Assembly (NCBI GenBank): GCA_012026655.1
Contig: JAAILG010001942.1
Span: 1-59,808, forward strand
Origin: Hydrolagus affinis
Taxonomy: Eukaryota
Direction: 5' to 3'
Length of the DNA stretch: 59,808 nucleotides
Each line of letters begins with the position of its first letter. Position 1 is the first letter of the stretch. The notes beneath the pieces are model-generated. The model saw nothing but the letters and a program-made list of their open reading frames with translations, was not told where the DNA came from and ran no database searches. Position numbers and translations under genes: made by a program. Below, piece after piece: positions 22,342 to 36,811 of this stretch.

Positions 22342-24817
22342 TATGGCATGTTTAATGACTCCTTGAGCAAAAAGAGGACATAACTTGTTTTCTGAGAGTT
22401 TTCTCTGTTTGTGATTAAGTAAAGCATCACTCCCTTCATGTGTGTTTGACGTAAACAAAATATGGTAACCTGAGGTCAACTCTCAATTGGAACTATGTAA
22501 AAATTGGATGTTTGTCTTTATATCCAGTTGGCTGCATGTTGGAATCATTTGTCAAATTCTTATTTCTCCCATTGGTGTTCTAGATATTGTTTAAATGTGG
22601 AAACACTTGGCAAAAACATCTATGTTTCTTATTGAAAGCAGGCTTTCAATAATTATGCTTAGAAACTCGGGAAAGCAGAATGTGTCCAAGTTGCAGTCCA
22701 GGGTTGATGTCTGGTTTTGCATCATTCTGTCTTGTGATCTGAATGAACTGTCAATGACTCCAGAAGGTAATCAGTAAAATTCATTTTGTCACAGGTCATC
22801 AGGTTAATGCTGTTCACAGAATCAATCCATGAGGATTGAAGGTCTGCTTTATCGAATTTGAATAAATACGGTTTCATTTAAAACTTGCAATTTTTGGTGC
22901 AGCACCTAGAGCCTTAAAATGGCAGTCTTTGTGCTTATTTCTTGATTGATAAATACGCAGTGCATGTATCCTAGCAACATTGGCCCCTATTTTGTCTTAG
23001 TCTGCTGGATTGAATTCCGCAAGCAGCATGTATATAGAGCAGTTGGCATTTCATCAGAAAATGCAAGTCGACCGTTGTTCAGCAACAGTGGAACACTTAT
23101 TTAATATTCAGAAACTCGCTAAATCAATAATGCAGCAGTAAAATAAAAACCTTCTAACTTTAGAAGTAAAACAATTAAAACCTGCTTCAAGAAGTGAGGT
23201 GTGCCCAATTTAATGAACAGATGGTTTACCACCCCATGTCATGATATCAGTTTACACCAAACTATGAGATATTTTCCTTGATTATTTTTAAAAAATCTGT
23301 TCTGCATCCAGCAAAGTGATTAGAAGAAGCTGAACATTCCCAAGTCATGAATAAATGTGTTAGCTGCTGAGAAAACAGCCATATTTTCCATCCGTCATAT
23401 TTTATTGTTTTTAATAAAGTGCATGTTCCTTTGGAATATCTTCAATAGGATGATGTTAGGGATGACATAACGCAGTGGAAAGAAAGTATGGAACACATGG
23501 GATGTGTCACTGCTCTCCACTGCTTCAAGTGCTCTCCAAGACGCCGGATTTGAACCTTGCTTTGAAAACCAGTGTTTTGGATGCATTACAAAAAATATTT
23601 CTGTAATTGACAGTGGTTTGGTGTGCTGTGATAGTGTTCAGCTGCATTTTTTTTTTTTAAATCATCTTAATGCATTATTCTTCACAATATTTTGACTATT
23701 GCAAAATTGCATGCCAAAGTTGTTTTGTTTCTATCAATTTAATTCCACTTTTGTGCAGTGTATACAGTATATGAATTGTGGGTTTTTTTAGCTCCATCTA
23801 ATTATAATCACATTTCCAGTGTTAATGGAGTTTCATGAGTTAATTAAGTGTTGCGCAGGAGTCCGTGATCTTATGAGGCAATAAGTCTCTCTTGTGCAGA
23901 GTAAACGACTGCTCTGCATATGAGGCATTTGTCAGTGTGGAGACCACTGTGGAGGTTCTGAGTAAGTGTAGGAAGTCCTTGTTGTAGCTGTAAAAATTCA
24001 ATGAGATTTTGCTGTGACTGTTCATGCAAGCTGAGATAGCAAACTAGGTTATATTGGTTTTATACATGCCATGGTTTAGTAGTACAGTTTGGCGAATGCT
24101 GGATAATTGGAGAATTAATAAGTAAGTGATTTGATCAGGACTTTAGTGATAGAGGAAAAAGTTAAGTTTTGGAGTATATTTTGTCTTATACAATTAAAAA
24201 GAAATAACAGAAGGAGTCTCATTGAGTATTTTCATTTTTACTCTTGACAGGTATTAGGATTTATTTTTGAAGTGATCAATGCAGAGCTGGTAATAAGTTA
24301 ACATTTTTGCCTAAAGCTTTTAAATTGCCTTTGATAAGACCATTGAGCTAGTGTAAGCTTACAAGTATCTAAGCTGTCTATTTTAGCTAGGCTAAAATGT
24401 TCTATTGTACAATACACTGTATTCTGAATTAGAGGTGAAGTTTGTCCTGACTTGTTAGGCTGACATTGTCAGTCAGGTTAACATGACCCACCTTATTTGA
24501 AAATAGGAAATTGAAGGGCATATTGTTTCATTATGGAGATGGGCATCATCATAATGGATAGTTTAATAGATGACGTTCACCTATATTTAGTCAATGAATA
24601 TTAACGCAGACTTGATGTGACAGATTCAGCAGAAGCAATTTTTCATTTTTTTTGTCTAAGCCACTCTTAGAGGAAATTATTTCATAATAATTTTTATACA
24701 GATGGTGTACAGATACATTCTGTGTGTGTCTGTCATTACACTGAGTTTGGTAGTCAAGTCAATACCATTACATACTTTGAAGAAGGTTGAAGCAACACAG
24801 CTTCTGTTCTAAAGGTG

Positions 24818-24944
24818 AAATACTGTGGATGCTGGAAATCTGAAATAAAAAAGTTCTGAATTTTGATAAAGTCATCAACCTAAAAAGTTAACTCACATTC
24901 CTCTCTCCATAGATGCTGCCTTACCAATGACTTCTGTTTTTATT
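24818..24944. mobile_element. Decayed Penelope-like terminal repeat, relative of 8777-8924
   Basis: aaatactgtggatgctggaaatctgaaataaaaa...ctctctccatagatgctgcc...ttctgtttttatt. Confidence 0.6.
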
Positions 24945-26422
24945 ACAACTCCTGTACCATGTTGCTTTTCTAAACTGTCCTTTCGTTAATATACTTTTAC
25001 ACACACTTTTTATGATTTTGAGTCTTCTGTGAGAAGCCGATTTAAAATAGGTTTGAGATGAATATGTATCTCATGACTTCTTGGCAAGTATTCCTTGTTT
25101 TGATTGAAAGCATTGGTTTTGCATTTCCATTGAGACCACTGATTGTTTTTACTCCCTCAATTTCTTCTACAATAACTGCTAGAAACACTGCCTGTTGTTG
25201 GAAAAATCTGGCAGTGATATCAGATTCTGACCTCATTTATTTGTGCTGGCTTATTTCTGGAGTGAAAGTTTGGTCTGGATGCTCCACTGCTTAATCAGAT
25301 CTTCCTCCAGTTGTTATGTGTGTTTCCTATGTATCATTATCCCAAAGCCTGACCATGAAATGCTTCAATAACGATTGAAAGAAACAAAAGGGGAATGAAT
25401 TTAACTAGAAACAAAGTACTATTTGAAAGGAAAATTGAGTTCTCCTTGATGTCCCTATCGACAGTTCTGCTGATAAATTGGTCATTCAAATCACGGATGT
25501 TTGTGCAATTATGCTGTGTGCAAAATGGTTGCCAGTTTATCTACAGGTATCTCTCTAAACATAACATCCTTTTAATTTTTTTGGATGTTTCAACTTTCCA
25601 GGTGCAACATCAAATAAAATGATATACTGCTGCCTTTAGTTTCTCTATTGAACATAATCAGATCTTATAAATAAGTTGTATTTCACTATTTTGTAGTCGA
25701 TGCACAACAAATACTGTACTATACTTTTGTCTTCATTGGGTGTGCTTTGTGCTATACCCTATTGGACAGTGTGATGTATGATTACCAGTTGGAGTGCTTG
25801 AGAGCAGGTGGCATTATCATGATAAGAAACTGGTATCGTCAGCTGCAAGAACAAACCTGTTTCTAAATGTTGTCTGAACTTCAGGATTGTGTTATTCTCT
25901 AACTATATATATGTTTCAACATATGTATAGTTAGAGAATGTTATTGCCTTTAATTTACATACTTAAAAAGCTAAGTGGAGCACAAACGTGTCCAACTTTA
26001 GGATGCTTTAACTGTAGAGGAAAAAATGAGAGGTTACAATGAGAGCAGCCAACATGTAAGACGTAAAGTACTTTGCAGCACACCATGTATTAGGACATCT
26101 TTGTGGATTTTTATACTATTATTTAATAAATATAATACAGGCAATATTTCATGTTCTGTTCTTTACAAAACAAATTTCATTTCTGTCTTTTAATCTGCTA
26201 AAATAAAGGTAAATACAGCCTAGTTCATTAAAAAAATAAGGAAATAGTACACTAAATTAATTTAACCATGGACTCCTGTTTAAAAAAAACTTGGCACTGA
26301 GATGGGAGGGTGGGTATTCTAGAAGGATAAGATCAGATGTGCTGAAAGACTTCTTCACTGAAATAGTCCTGCCATCTAAACTTACTGCCCTTTCCAGCTG
26401 TTTGTTAAATTAACTTATTGAT

Positions 26423-26726
26423 GGAGTCCTGTATCTCAGTGGTTAGAGTACTTGCCTCAAACATGGGTTCGATTCCCAGGAGGGCAAAACCTTGGGCAAG
26501 CTTCCTTGTTCCACACAACTGATAATAAGCCCTCAAGAAAAAAATAATAATATGGTCAGTCAATTCACAACCGCTTGTGGTACACTGCTGTCTGCAATTG
26601 GCTACTGCGTTTCATCCACAAGATATACAGTCAATTCACTTTACAGTACATTCAGTGAAGTGCTTTGAGATGTCCAGAAGATGTGAAAAGTATTATATCA
26701 AATGCAAGGATTTTTAATATGGTATT
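26423..26726 (+). mobile_element. SINE family A, full length (short subfamily)
   Basis: A box tatctcagtgg, B box ggttcgattcc, ccttgggcaag, body and tail. Confidence 0.92.
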
Positions 26727-29700
26727 ACTGCTTTGAAGGAATTATGACTTAGTTTGATGTAAAATATTTTAGAGGATAAACCCTTGTGTTTTGGCTATTG
26801 TAACTTCTAGGTTGTTTTTGATATTCCCGTAGTGATTGTAATTCATGTTCTAGAAATATTAATGTGACTTCAAAATCAGCATGAAGCTAAGATGCTTGGT
26901 TTGGAAATTACATTACATGCTAACTGGTTAGCTTTGCTGACCCATTTCTGGTCATCGTCTCCTGCGCTCCATTTGAGTCAATTTTACGAAACATTCTTGC
27001 AAATTAATCCAGCAAAAGGCCAGATAACTTGCATGATGGTTTACATTGGATAAGTTTACTTCCTATCAGCAAGACAACAAAGGTTTACCATTGTATTATT
27101 TTGAGAATTGGAAAGCTACCTATTTTAAGAGGTGGAAAGGGAGTGTGATTTTTTTTTGACATTGAGGATTGCACATGGCGTTCCATGCCTTTAACTTTTC
27201 GTTCACCAATGCAAAGAATTTCTACCGAGATGTATATATGATCAATTTCCAAAAGAGTTTCTCTGCCATTGTCAGTTTCAGATTTACTGTGAAAGAAGGT
27301 TGCTCAGCTTCCACCAGATGCAGTGAGCCTCCATATAATGTCACAAGCAACCTCCAAATGTTTTGCCTTTTTAATTCAAATTAAAAACATAATTGATGTG
27401 TCTGTTCAGGCTCTTTCTAGTCGAAAGTCAAATTAGGTCCACCCCTTCAAGCTGACTTTGGGTTGGGAGTGTTAATGGGAGTCTCTAAAACGCTATGATG
27501 TAGACTGATGTTTCCAACAGACATCCAGTATCCATTTAAGAAGGCTGATTTGATCAGTAATTTAACTGCACACAGGGGTTAATGAAATGCCTTCATTACC
27601 AATGTGAATTTTGATGATTTATCTTTTATTCTGTTCACATTCGTCCTGTTTTCTGTTCTGTTATTAAATGGCTGTCTGCAGCAGTACTACTCTGGAGAGC
27701 AGACATACCAAATGTTTAAAAATGTAATTTGCAATTTGTCATTTGCAAATTACATTTTTATATTTGTTTCATTTCTCCTTCCCCTTCCCAAGTTTGTAGG
27801 GTGAAAGAGCAGCTGCGTTTGTTTTTAATATTTTAGATTTTGTAGTATTAATTGGATAAGTCCACCATTCATCCTTTTGATATTAGAATCTATTATAACC
27901 TTTCTAAAGTTGTACTACAAAGAACTATTTATCAATATAAGATCGGTAGCAAAGTTCAAATTAGTGAATTGTATTGAGATAATGTTAAGTATAGTTAAAG
28001 TCTATATTTAGTACCATGCATTTCATTTAGCATTGTTTATATTATGTATGAAGTGAATCATTCAAATATCCCAGTCACGCATATAATTTTATTCTTTTCA
28101 TTTAGTTGTGTTTCTGCTGATGTGGATTCAGAATGCCTCTGTACATAAATTGTTCTTCAATACATCCTCCTGGATGTCAGATTTTGTTTGGGTCCCAATG
28201 TAAAGGGAACATTCACAACATGGTGCCCCCTGAAACCTTGAACTGTTTCCTGTGACTTTAGGAGAGAAATGCAATTTTCTTGGTTCCTGTACAATGGAAG
28301 AGTCATATCCCCAGATCAGTCCTCAATTCTTTTGTCTTCCGCCAATGACACCACTGCTGCACATTTCCTGTTCGACTTGGAACAATTCACTGTTTGCATC
28401 TGAACTGCTTGCTATTTGGTTTGACTTCACAGCTTTTGTGCATCTTATTTTGCTTGACGTTTTCATCTTAAGTCCACCCAATACAAATTAATATTACTTC
28501 AGCAATATAACACTTTCTTGACTCAAAGTCATCCTAGTTATCCCAGTCCAGGCTTCATATTTCTGCATATCTTGTTGTGCATTTCTAACGACTGAGTCAC
28601 CATGAGAGGAGACAATAAGATTGCACATGGAAGCACTGCAGAGCTAAGGAATGATGCTCAGGGAGAGAATGGACCTCCTGTGCCAAATCCATGCCCAGAG
28701 TGAACCTTAATCAGCTCTGTATTCCAGGTTGTCAAAGAACTACGAAACTATATAACAACCTAAGGCCAGACGATTTTATCCCCCAGTCTGCTTCACTTCA
28801 ATGGTCCAGATCTATGATGTCTATCAAAGAGCTAGGTTTATTCTTTTTAAAAATGAACATCACAGTATCTAAAATTGTAAAATTCATCACAAAATTTAAA
28901 GGTTACACTGATGTACTTTGCTTTGTTGATTTGTTCTCACCTCCTTCCCCAACAAGCACTAATTCAAATTAAATAATTTTGGGGCCTAGGTGGAGGAATG
29001 GAAAATTACTGTATCTTACACTTTGTCATTTTGTTTAATCAACTAATAGTTTATCGAAGTAAATCGAAGTTGTTGTTGTTGATGGTGTATCTCATTTCAA
29101 TTGGATATTGGATACAACTTGGAAGCTATTTTCTTGATCTATCTGTCACACACTCCACCCACTTCTCTTCCATATCCCCTTTACCTCAGGTCTTTCAGTT
29201 CAGCCAACCTGCAATAATAAATGTAAAGTGCTAAACTGTGTTCAATTCCTAGTGAAAATGGCAATGAACAGCGTGGGAATTCTGGTAGGATTGGAGTCTG
29301 CCCCAAAATAGCTGATTTTCAAGCCAGGCAATTCTATTTTAATGAAAAGAATGTTTGCCTGAGTTACTAAAAATATGAGGACCTTTTAGTTCATACATTC
29401 CTCAAAGATTTTCTCGATGTTCATTCAATGTAAACTAGATGAAATTCTTTTTACGGTTTAATCCAGGCTTGGAGCAGATGCATACTGGGAGGTAGATTTG
29501 TTTATAGCAGAGTGTACTTTGCTGTGGAAGAACGGCGTTGAATTGTGCGCTCTGATATTCACAGTTTGTGAATCTGAATGGAGAGGTCTTTTCAGGATCA
29601 GTTCCATTACCACAGGAAATGCCATTACAGATTGTGTTCCAGAGATATTGCAGCTGAAGCCTGAGGCAGACTGACTGTGCTGCACAGCTTACTTGGGTAT

Positions 29701-30029
29701 TAATTGCAGATCCAACGTATTCACAAGTTGGTGTTCTACAAATTAAAATGAAGGTTGAATACTCAGGTAGCTAAATTTGGATTAAGTATTTATAGAAATT
29801 AATTAGTTACAGTAAAATATCATCTAATATTGCATCAGTATAAGAAGCTGCTTTTGTGGCATTAACATTGGGTGTCTGATGAGTCCTACAGTGCTCACTG
29901 CAAGTGCACAAATCACACAAGGCACCAAGATTTCAAGATGCTTATATGAAGGCTTGCCTTATGCACCACAATTTGTTATAGTCCACTTGTTCCATCGTTA
30001 AAATCTTTTGTCGTGTTATCAGTTGGAAT

Positions 30030-30163
30030 GCATGAAGAAGAAGGGAGTACAGGAAGGTGGGAGAGTATACTAGGAAGGGAGGAAGCTCATGCAAAGTATA
30101 AACACTGGCAAGGAATAGTTGTGCTGAATGGCTAGTTTCTATGCTGTGCAATCTATTGTAATT
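30030..30163 (+). mobile_element. CR1-type LINE 3' end, decayed
   Basis: gggaggaagctcatg...ataaacactggc...gtgctgaatggctagtttctatgctgtgcaatctattgtaattt resembles recalled shark CR1 3' termini. Confidence 0.55.
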
Positions 30164-31554
30164 TAATGTCAGTTAATTATGTGCAGGCAATTTAATGAAA
30201 GCTTCGAAGAAAATAACTGCTGTATTGAAGTTTAGAAATTGTCAATTTTCAATTCCCATGCATCGAACTTGGAACAAGGATTATCTTTGCACAAGAAATT
30301 TAGCCTTCAGATTTACTTAATGTCATTGCAGGGACTCAGGATAAAAGTGCCATTGATCAACACCTAGGTACTGCAGGTTTGCTTCATAATATTACAGTTG
30401 CAGGCGTCTGTTTTATCTATGGCTATGGGAGGCTAAAAAGACCTTTATTTTATACAAAAGGGTGGAGGAGTTTCTGAATAATGAAGGTCAGATTCCCAGC
30501 AACAACAGCAAGGCCATTTACTCTTATCGGTGTGCAATGCAACACTTGTTACAACTGACTACTACAATTCATGTTTCAGTGGCTATCATGTCGATTTGGG
30601 GGGGATTTTTTTCACAAATAGTCTAAATAATAATCTGCAGTTACTGTTTGTCAAATACTGTACATTACAGCCTCTATAACAGATACAGTCACTTTGTTCT
30701 TATATTTCACCAGAATCAGAGCAATATACTGGTCACTTATACATATGATCAGAAAAACATATTTGTGTATTTTAAATAGTTTAAATGGTTTATTATTAAT
30801 AATAATAATGGATCGTCTTAGCACGAGGCTGACACATTTGTTTGCAAGCCTTTGTGTCTTCCAGCTGGAGAGGCTTTCTAACAATCGTGAAAGCTTTCTT
30901 TTGTTGTGTGTGCAGATCAATTATTTTTTCCAGTGAGTTTGCAAGGAAAACGGAGAGTGTTCAATCTAATGTCTGAATTAGATTTTCTGCAATCGTAACA
31001 CCTTTCCTTTCGAATATGTTCAAAAGATTGGCTTCAATTTCTGTTCCATCAAGCGTTTAATTGAAAACATGGAGCTATTTCAGCGTTAACTCACTAAGTT
31101 TGTGTGACCGACTGCAATTCTAACCAATGCCATGTTAAGAAATCTCTGAGAATCCCCAACTAGAAAGGGATGAGAAGTGTTTACCTGGCACTCCCTGCTT
31201 GGTGACTCTAGCTTTCAGTGTATAGCTGTGGACAGTTATCAAGTGAGCACACACTTTATTTCACCATCGGAAATGTATGTGTGTGTAGGTTGGGTGCGTG
31301 GGGGGGTGCAACAGGATGGGGGAATTTAATGGAATGATATTAAGATAAATATATTAGTTTCACTTGCTCTTTCGATGCTATAATCAGACAACAGCACCAA
31401 TTTTACTAAATCTTAACTCTGATAACATGTTGTATGGATGGACCATGGACGTACGATGAGGGGTACATGACAAGGACGTTTGCTGTGACAGAGGCTTAAC
31501 TGACCACTGGGGCATGTGGCATGCAACACTATTCTTTTGCTATTTCGTATTAGT

Positions 31555-31918
31555 AACAATAATAACAATCCTTACATTTGATACAGCGCCTTTCATCTTG
31601 GGAGGACATCCCAAAATGAATCACAGGATATATTAAAAGTGAGTGATTGCGGGTTTTGTTGCAGCCTCAGTTTAGTCACGCAAAGTAGTACAAAGGTGCA
31701 TCTGCCAGGCAGCAAGCTCCAAAGTGTCTACTACTAAGTGTCTACTTAGTTACTAATAGAAACCATGGATATTCTAAGAATTAATACATTCTGCGTGCAT
31801 CATTTCCAAACAATCCATTACATTTTTTTTAAAATAGTCACTACACTTTACAATAAATCCTGTGAAGCACTTTGAGACGTCCTCTCTACATCAAATGTGA
31901 AGATTGTTATTTATTACT
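31555..31918. mobile_element. Two old SINE 3' ends in divergent orientation (- at 31555-31655, + at 31820-31918)
   Basis: aataacaatccttacatttgatacagcgcc (minus) and tgtgaagcactttgagacgtcc...atcaaatgtgaagattgttatt (plus). Confidence 0.7.
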
Positions 31919-32507
31919 TATCATCTATTTAAAAGGATTATGATTTTTTTTAAATCCAGAATCGTTATACTTGGGTGGATATTTGGGATGGAGAAACTAA
32001 AATGTGTAATCTAATCTACCAAACTGGTCAATAATCATTATTAGTAGTAATTGCATTCAAAGTCATGGGCAGTAATTTTAAATTGGAGACTCTTAAATTG
32101 AATTTTCAGTGGTGTAATTCAATAACTTAATAGCACACCGTAGACTTAATAAAAAAGGACCCTGGTTACTGTGTTTATAATTTCTACTAATTATGGATTC
32201 ATACATGTATATATCATCCTATGACTGACTTAGTGTGTTTTTAAAAGTCAAACTGGGTTCCTTTTGCTGTGCAGAGGGAGCATTTGCACAGCATTGGACT
32301 GCAATAAGGACATTTATTTTCTCCCACTGCTCCCGAATCTGTCAGGTTTTCAATCAGGCAGTGGATTGAGCTGTTGGTAGAGCCAAGGCACTTCAACTCA
32401 ATGAAGGAAAAGGAATTAGTTGGATTGTTAACTTGGGCTCTCATATTTACCGTTTAATGGCTGCTTCAGCATGGGCTTCTAATTCTTGTGTTGTTCTTGT
32501 TGTTTAG

Positions 32508-32730
32508 GTGTGAGCAGCGAGTGCTGTCTTACACTGGGAGTTTGCACCACTATTGGAAACTCTGTCCATACGCACCCCATCCTATAATAATAATAATAAT
32601 AATCCTTGCATTTGATATAGCTCTTTTCACATCTTCTAGAAGTCTCAAAGCGCTTCACAGCATATACTGTAAAGTGAATTGACCGATATTTGTGGGCGAA
32701 TAATGCTGTTGTGTGTTTTGTTTTTTGATG
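32508..32730 (+). other. Weak candidate non-coding exon containing an antisense SINE
   Basis: Branch-like ttctaat, acceptor ttgttcttgttgtttag|, donor ATG|GTAAGT. Confidence 0.25.
32584..32700 (-). mobile_element. SINE family A 3' fragment
   Basis: (AAT)n ccttgcatttgatatagc...tactgtaaagtgaattgac. Confidence 0.9.
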
Positions 32731-34305
32731 GTAAGTAGCTGATAAGACAGTCAGCTGGTTTCAATCAGAGGAAAATAGGTGACAACAATGGGGCATCATT
32801 CACTACAATTGTGCTTCATCTCTTGAAGGTGGCCTTGATGAGATTGCTAAAGTAGGTCAGGCCAATTATGTTCTGCGGCTCCAGAAATGTAATTGGAGAG
32901 AAGTTTAGGTATGGTACATATTTAAAAACTGTAGGATAATAACCACATCGAAGGTCCAAAAGCATCTTACCTGCCTGTCCTCTATGTCAGCAAATGGTAT
33001 TCTGTTCTGATTTACAGGGGACGGAGGAGGAAAGGTTTTCAATAGTTTCATATTTTCAACAGGATGTTTGTGTTACTCTCTTCGATACAGGGAAATCATT
33101 CTTCACTTAAAATATTTATATTTTGAGTGTTTTAATCCCAAATTATGTGAAAATCAGATGGACAGTGCCGACTTTCAGATAGGAGCAGCAGTACATCAAA
33201 CTGGGAGCAAAGTGTATGTTAAATGTAGAGTGACATTTTCCACAGTGTTTTCTGTACTGCTCCCACTTCACAGGATTTTGTAATACTGATCATTGAATTT
33301 CATACTGTTAGATTTGGGCATCTGCGCTGCTTCTTTAATACAGAACATATTTTAAATGTGAAAAGTACTTTAAATGAAAGAGTCTAATGACTGATTTTCA
33401 ATTTATGCAAAAGTGCCAAAGTTAACGCCTGGAATAAACTGAATTTTGAAAGCTTGTTTTATTAATGGTTTACATTTTTTTTAATAAATTATATTTTGAA
33501 AGAAATTTGACTTTTTTGAGTTCACTAATTAGATACTACTGTATAAGGATTCATGCTCAAAGGTGAATTGCTTTACTGTTCAGTTTTGATGCATTTCTCC
33601 TCCCTCCCACCCTCACACCTCATCCATGTCTTACGGGGACAATTCTTGGCCTAAGCTTCACATAGTATTGTGGCTTTGTTTCAATCTGGGAGATTTTCAA
33701 CCTCTGCCCATCATTGCTGTTGGTGTAGTAGTATTACTTTGTGAAGTGACATATCTATATGTACCCACAAACAAGATTGGTTTGAAGTTCAATATTGTAT
33801 TTCAAGTAGATAACACAGTGGGTGTCCTTTTTAGCACTTGACAGCTAATTAACAAATATTGTATTTTGAGTCAACCACATTAGAGTGTCTAGGCACTATT
33901 TATGGAGTACATTCGTCAAGCATGGATAAGTGCAGCGAAGGCAACTTGCTAACTGAAAAACTAACTACTTTTCTGGTTTCAAAAGTCAAAGCTTGGAATT
34001 ATTTTACTGATAATAGATAAATACCCATGAACCATGTGGAGAAATTGGATGCATAGGCTGGATGACCAATGATTTAAACCTGCTTGAAATTGCCTCTATT
34101 TCGATCATCAATGGTTCCTAAAGGTAATGGTTATATTAAAATACTGACCCGTCAATTCTAACAATGGGCATCAGCATAATACTCAGGCAATAGCTCTGGA
34201 GTGAAAATCTGTTTGTGAAACGTTCTTTGGGTTGCATTTGAGGGCAAATAACAGTACTCAAAAAATACAAATGATGTAGAAAACTGGAATCCTTTACATT
34301 TTTGT

Positions 34306-34602
34306 GGAGTCCTGCAGCTTACAAGGGAGAGACCAGTGTTCAATTCCAGACAAGCTGAAATCCTGAGCAAGTTTCCTCACTCCACACAGCTGATAATAAT
34401 TCCTAAAAAAAAAAAAAAAACTGGTCAGTTCAATCTACAGCTGTTTGTGGAACACTGCTATGTGCAACTGGCTGCTGTATTTCACTCACAAATATACAGT
34501 CAATTCACTTTACAGTATACTGTATTAGGTGAACGGCTTTAAGACATCTAGAAGATGTGAAATGCCCTCTATCGAATGCAAGGATTATTATTTATTATTA
34601 TT
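34306..34602 (+). mobile_element. SINE family A, near full length; a minus-strand 3' fragment follows at ~34652-34760
   Basis: ggagtcctgcagc head, gttcaattcc B box, body, aaggattattatt tail. Confidence 0.9.
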
Positions 34603-36749
34603 TACCACCGAATTCTGAGGTGTTTAATATCAAACATAGTGCAGCCTACATGTTATATCCTTGTATTTGATGTAGTGACATCATGTATTCGATATGCCTC
34701 AAAGCACTTCACAGTATATACAGTAAAGTGAATTGACTATATCTTTTGTGGACAAAACAATGTTGCTGCATTTTTCTCAGTTATCCACATCACACATCAT
34801 TTTTCTGCATTGTTGCTATATTTCTAATTTTCTAGTTTCTCCCTCCATATGTGAACATCAGGAGTCTGTGATAAATTACATTTAACAGATGTACTCTGTT
34901 ATATGCTACAGTATTTATTCCTGTGATGGAAAAAGGTTCATTAAGCTTGACGCCTTTGAAGACTGTACACGTTTTGTGGAAATTAAATAGTTATTAGTTT
35001 ACCTTGGAGAATTATTACATGTGCAGGTTTGTCCAGCTATAGTTTCACACAAATATTCAAATTCTAACAATGGGGTTTAAGTAAAACTCTGGTTCCTTCA
35101 ACAGCCACTTTTCCCACTGATCGCAACAAGCTGAATTTTAAAAGGTCAGACCTAGGTAAAATGCAGCTGATGGCGGAGGTAATGCTGAGAATAAAATTAA
35201 CTAAAATGATATGATGTCCATAAGTGCTGAAAATATCACCAAGCTTCAGACTTGCATACATTGTGTAACTTTATGCAGCTTTCCTATCCCCTCTCAGCAC
35301 AATTCATCTCATACAGGAGAATCGGGATGTCTAAACAACACTTCCTTAAGTCACATTGTATTAACTGTACGAGCATGTGGGTTGCAGTAACCAACCACAG
35401 GGTAGAAATTATACCGGGGCCTAAATTTACTTCCATTTTCTTAGGATTGCAGAGCATGCATAACTTTACCATTTTTAAAACACAACCTCAATTTTGAGGC
35501 TAGAAAGTTCTTTTGAGAACTAGTTAGGCAGGTCATTGTTGCTGGGATGCCAGGAAGCCTTCTGTGCTTGGGTGCTGTGGGCCAGAAGCTAGAATTGTAC
35601 CAAGTTTATGGAGGTTCACCTGCATTATACAGTATTTGGACTCGCAGCATACTGAAGCTCTGTGTATATATATCAGCTCCAACGTGCTGTAATGTCACAG
35701 CTGGAAATTGAGCCCAATGTTAGTCACAGATAATAAGATGCTTTTAATTAGAAAGACTTGCCCTGGGTAAGGATGTTATGCATGCGATGCTTACAAATCC
35801 AGATTCCTTTGAGTTGCAGACCAATCACGGGACTCAAAGTATAAGCCTGCCACATATGTTCATTAAACAATTTTTAATATATAGATTTTAATTCAGCACC
35901 ATCCTGACCTCCTTGTTGCCCTTAGACTTTCTTCCCCCTTTTCTGCATTATCCCTCTGGGTACACCTCTGTTGGGTTGTTTACTTAATTTCTGCTACTGA
36001 TTATGTTATTCTAGGATGTTTTCAAGGGACTTCATTGATTAAGCAAAATGATAAATATTAATCAACCACTTCAGTAAGAGTGACATGCATTTCAAAAGGA
36101 TCCATGTGATGTTATGGCATAATGTTTTTAGACAATTGTCTAAATTAGATGGTTAGTAATGAGAGAAAACTTAAAAGAAAGTCTTTGAGATCATAGATCA
36201 TTGCCTTCAGCGACATGCAACTGAATAATGAAGGCCAGACCACCAATGGCAGGGTGGAGGATATGGAGCAGACTGGTGCCCGCCGAGCTGGGGGAGCTTG
36301 GATTTGCACTCGTCCATTTTTTCTGAGAACTTTTTTGTCTGAAGCAATAGTTTGAGGCAAAGCTCCCAACTGACAACTAAATTAAATCAGCGAAAGAGTG
36401 TCAATGGATGACTTCCTTCCTGTGAAATTCTTCAGTTGAGGTCTTCTTCAATAAATTCTTATTGTGAAGTCAATAAGATTTAACTGATAATGTAGCTCTT
36501 CTGATCCATAATTGTACTAAAACCATCATATTGGTCTTATTTGCAGAATGGGAGTGTGTGTAGCAGCCAGCTTCAAATAGTGTTAGTGGCACCTCTATCT
36601 GCTACACACTCCCCTATTCTGTTTACATTAACTGATTAACTCGGGCATCTTAAGATGATGTCTCATTTAGAAAACCTTTATTGACCTCTGTTTTAGAATT
36701 GGTAATGAATTGAGGACATGGTATCTTGCAGCATATGTATCTTAATTCC

Positions 36750-36811
36750 TTAAGTGCTCTGAGATGTTACTCCATATGAAGAGCCCTATATAAATGCAAG
36801 TTATCGTCGTT
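36750..36811 (+). mobile_element. Isolated L2/SINE 3' tail
   Basis: aagtgctctgagatg...atgaagagccctatataaatgcaagtt. Confidence 0.6.

Noticed and set aside
33018-33034. Microexon GGGACGGAGGAGGAAAG after ttctgttctgatttacag
   Set aside because: The donor GTTTTC is poor and 17 nt would not preserve frame.
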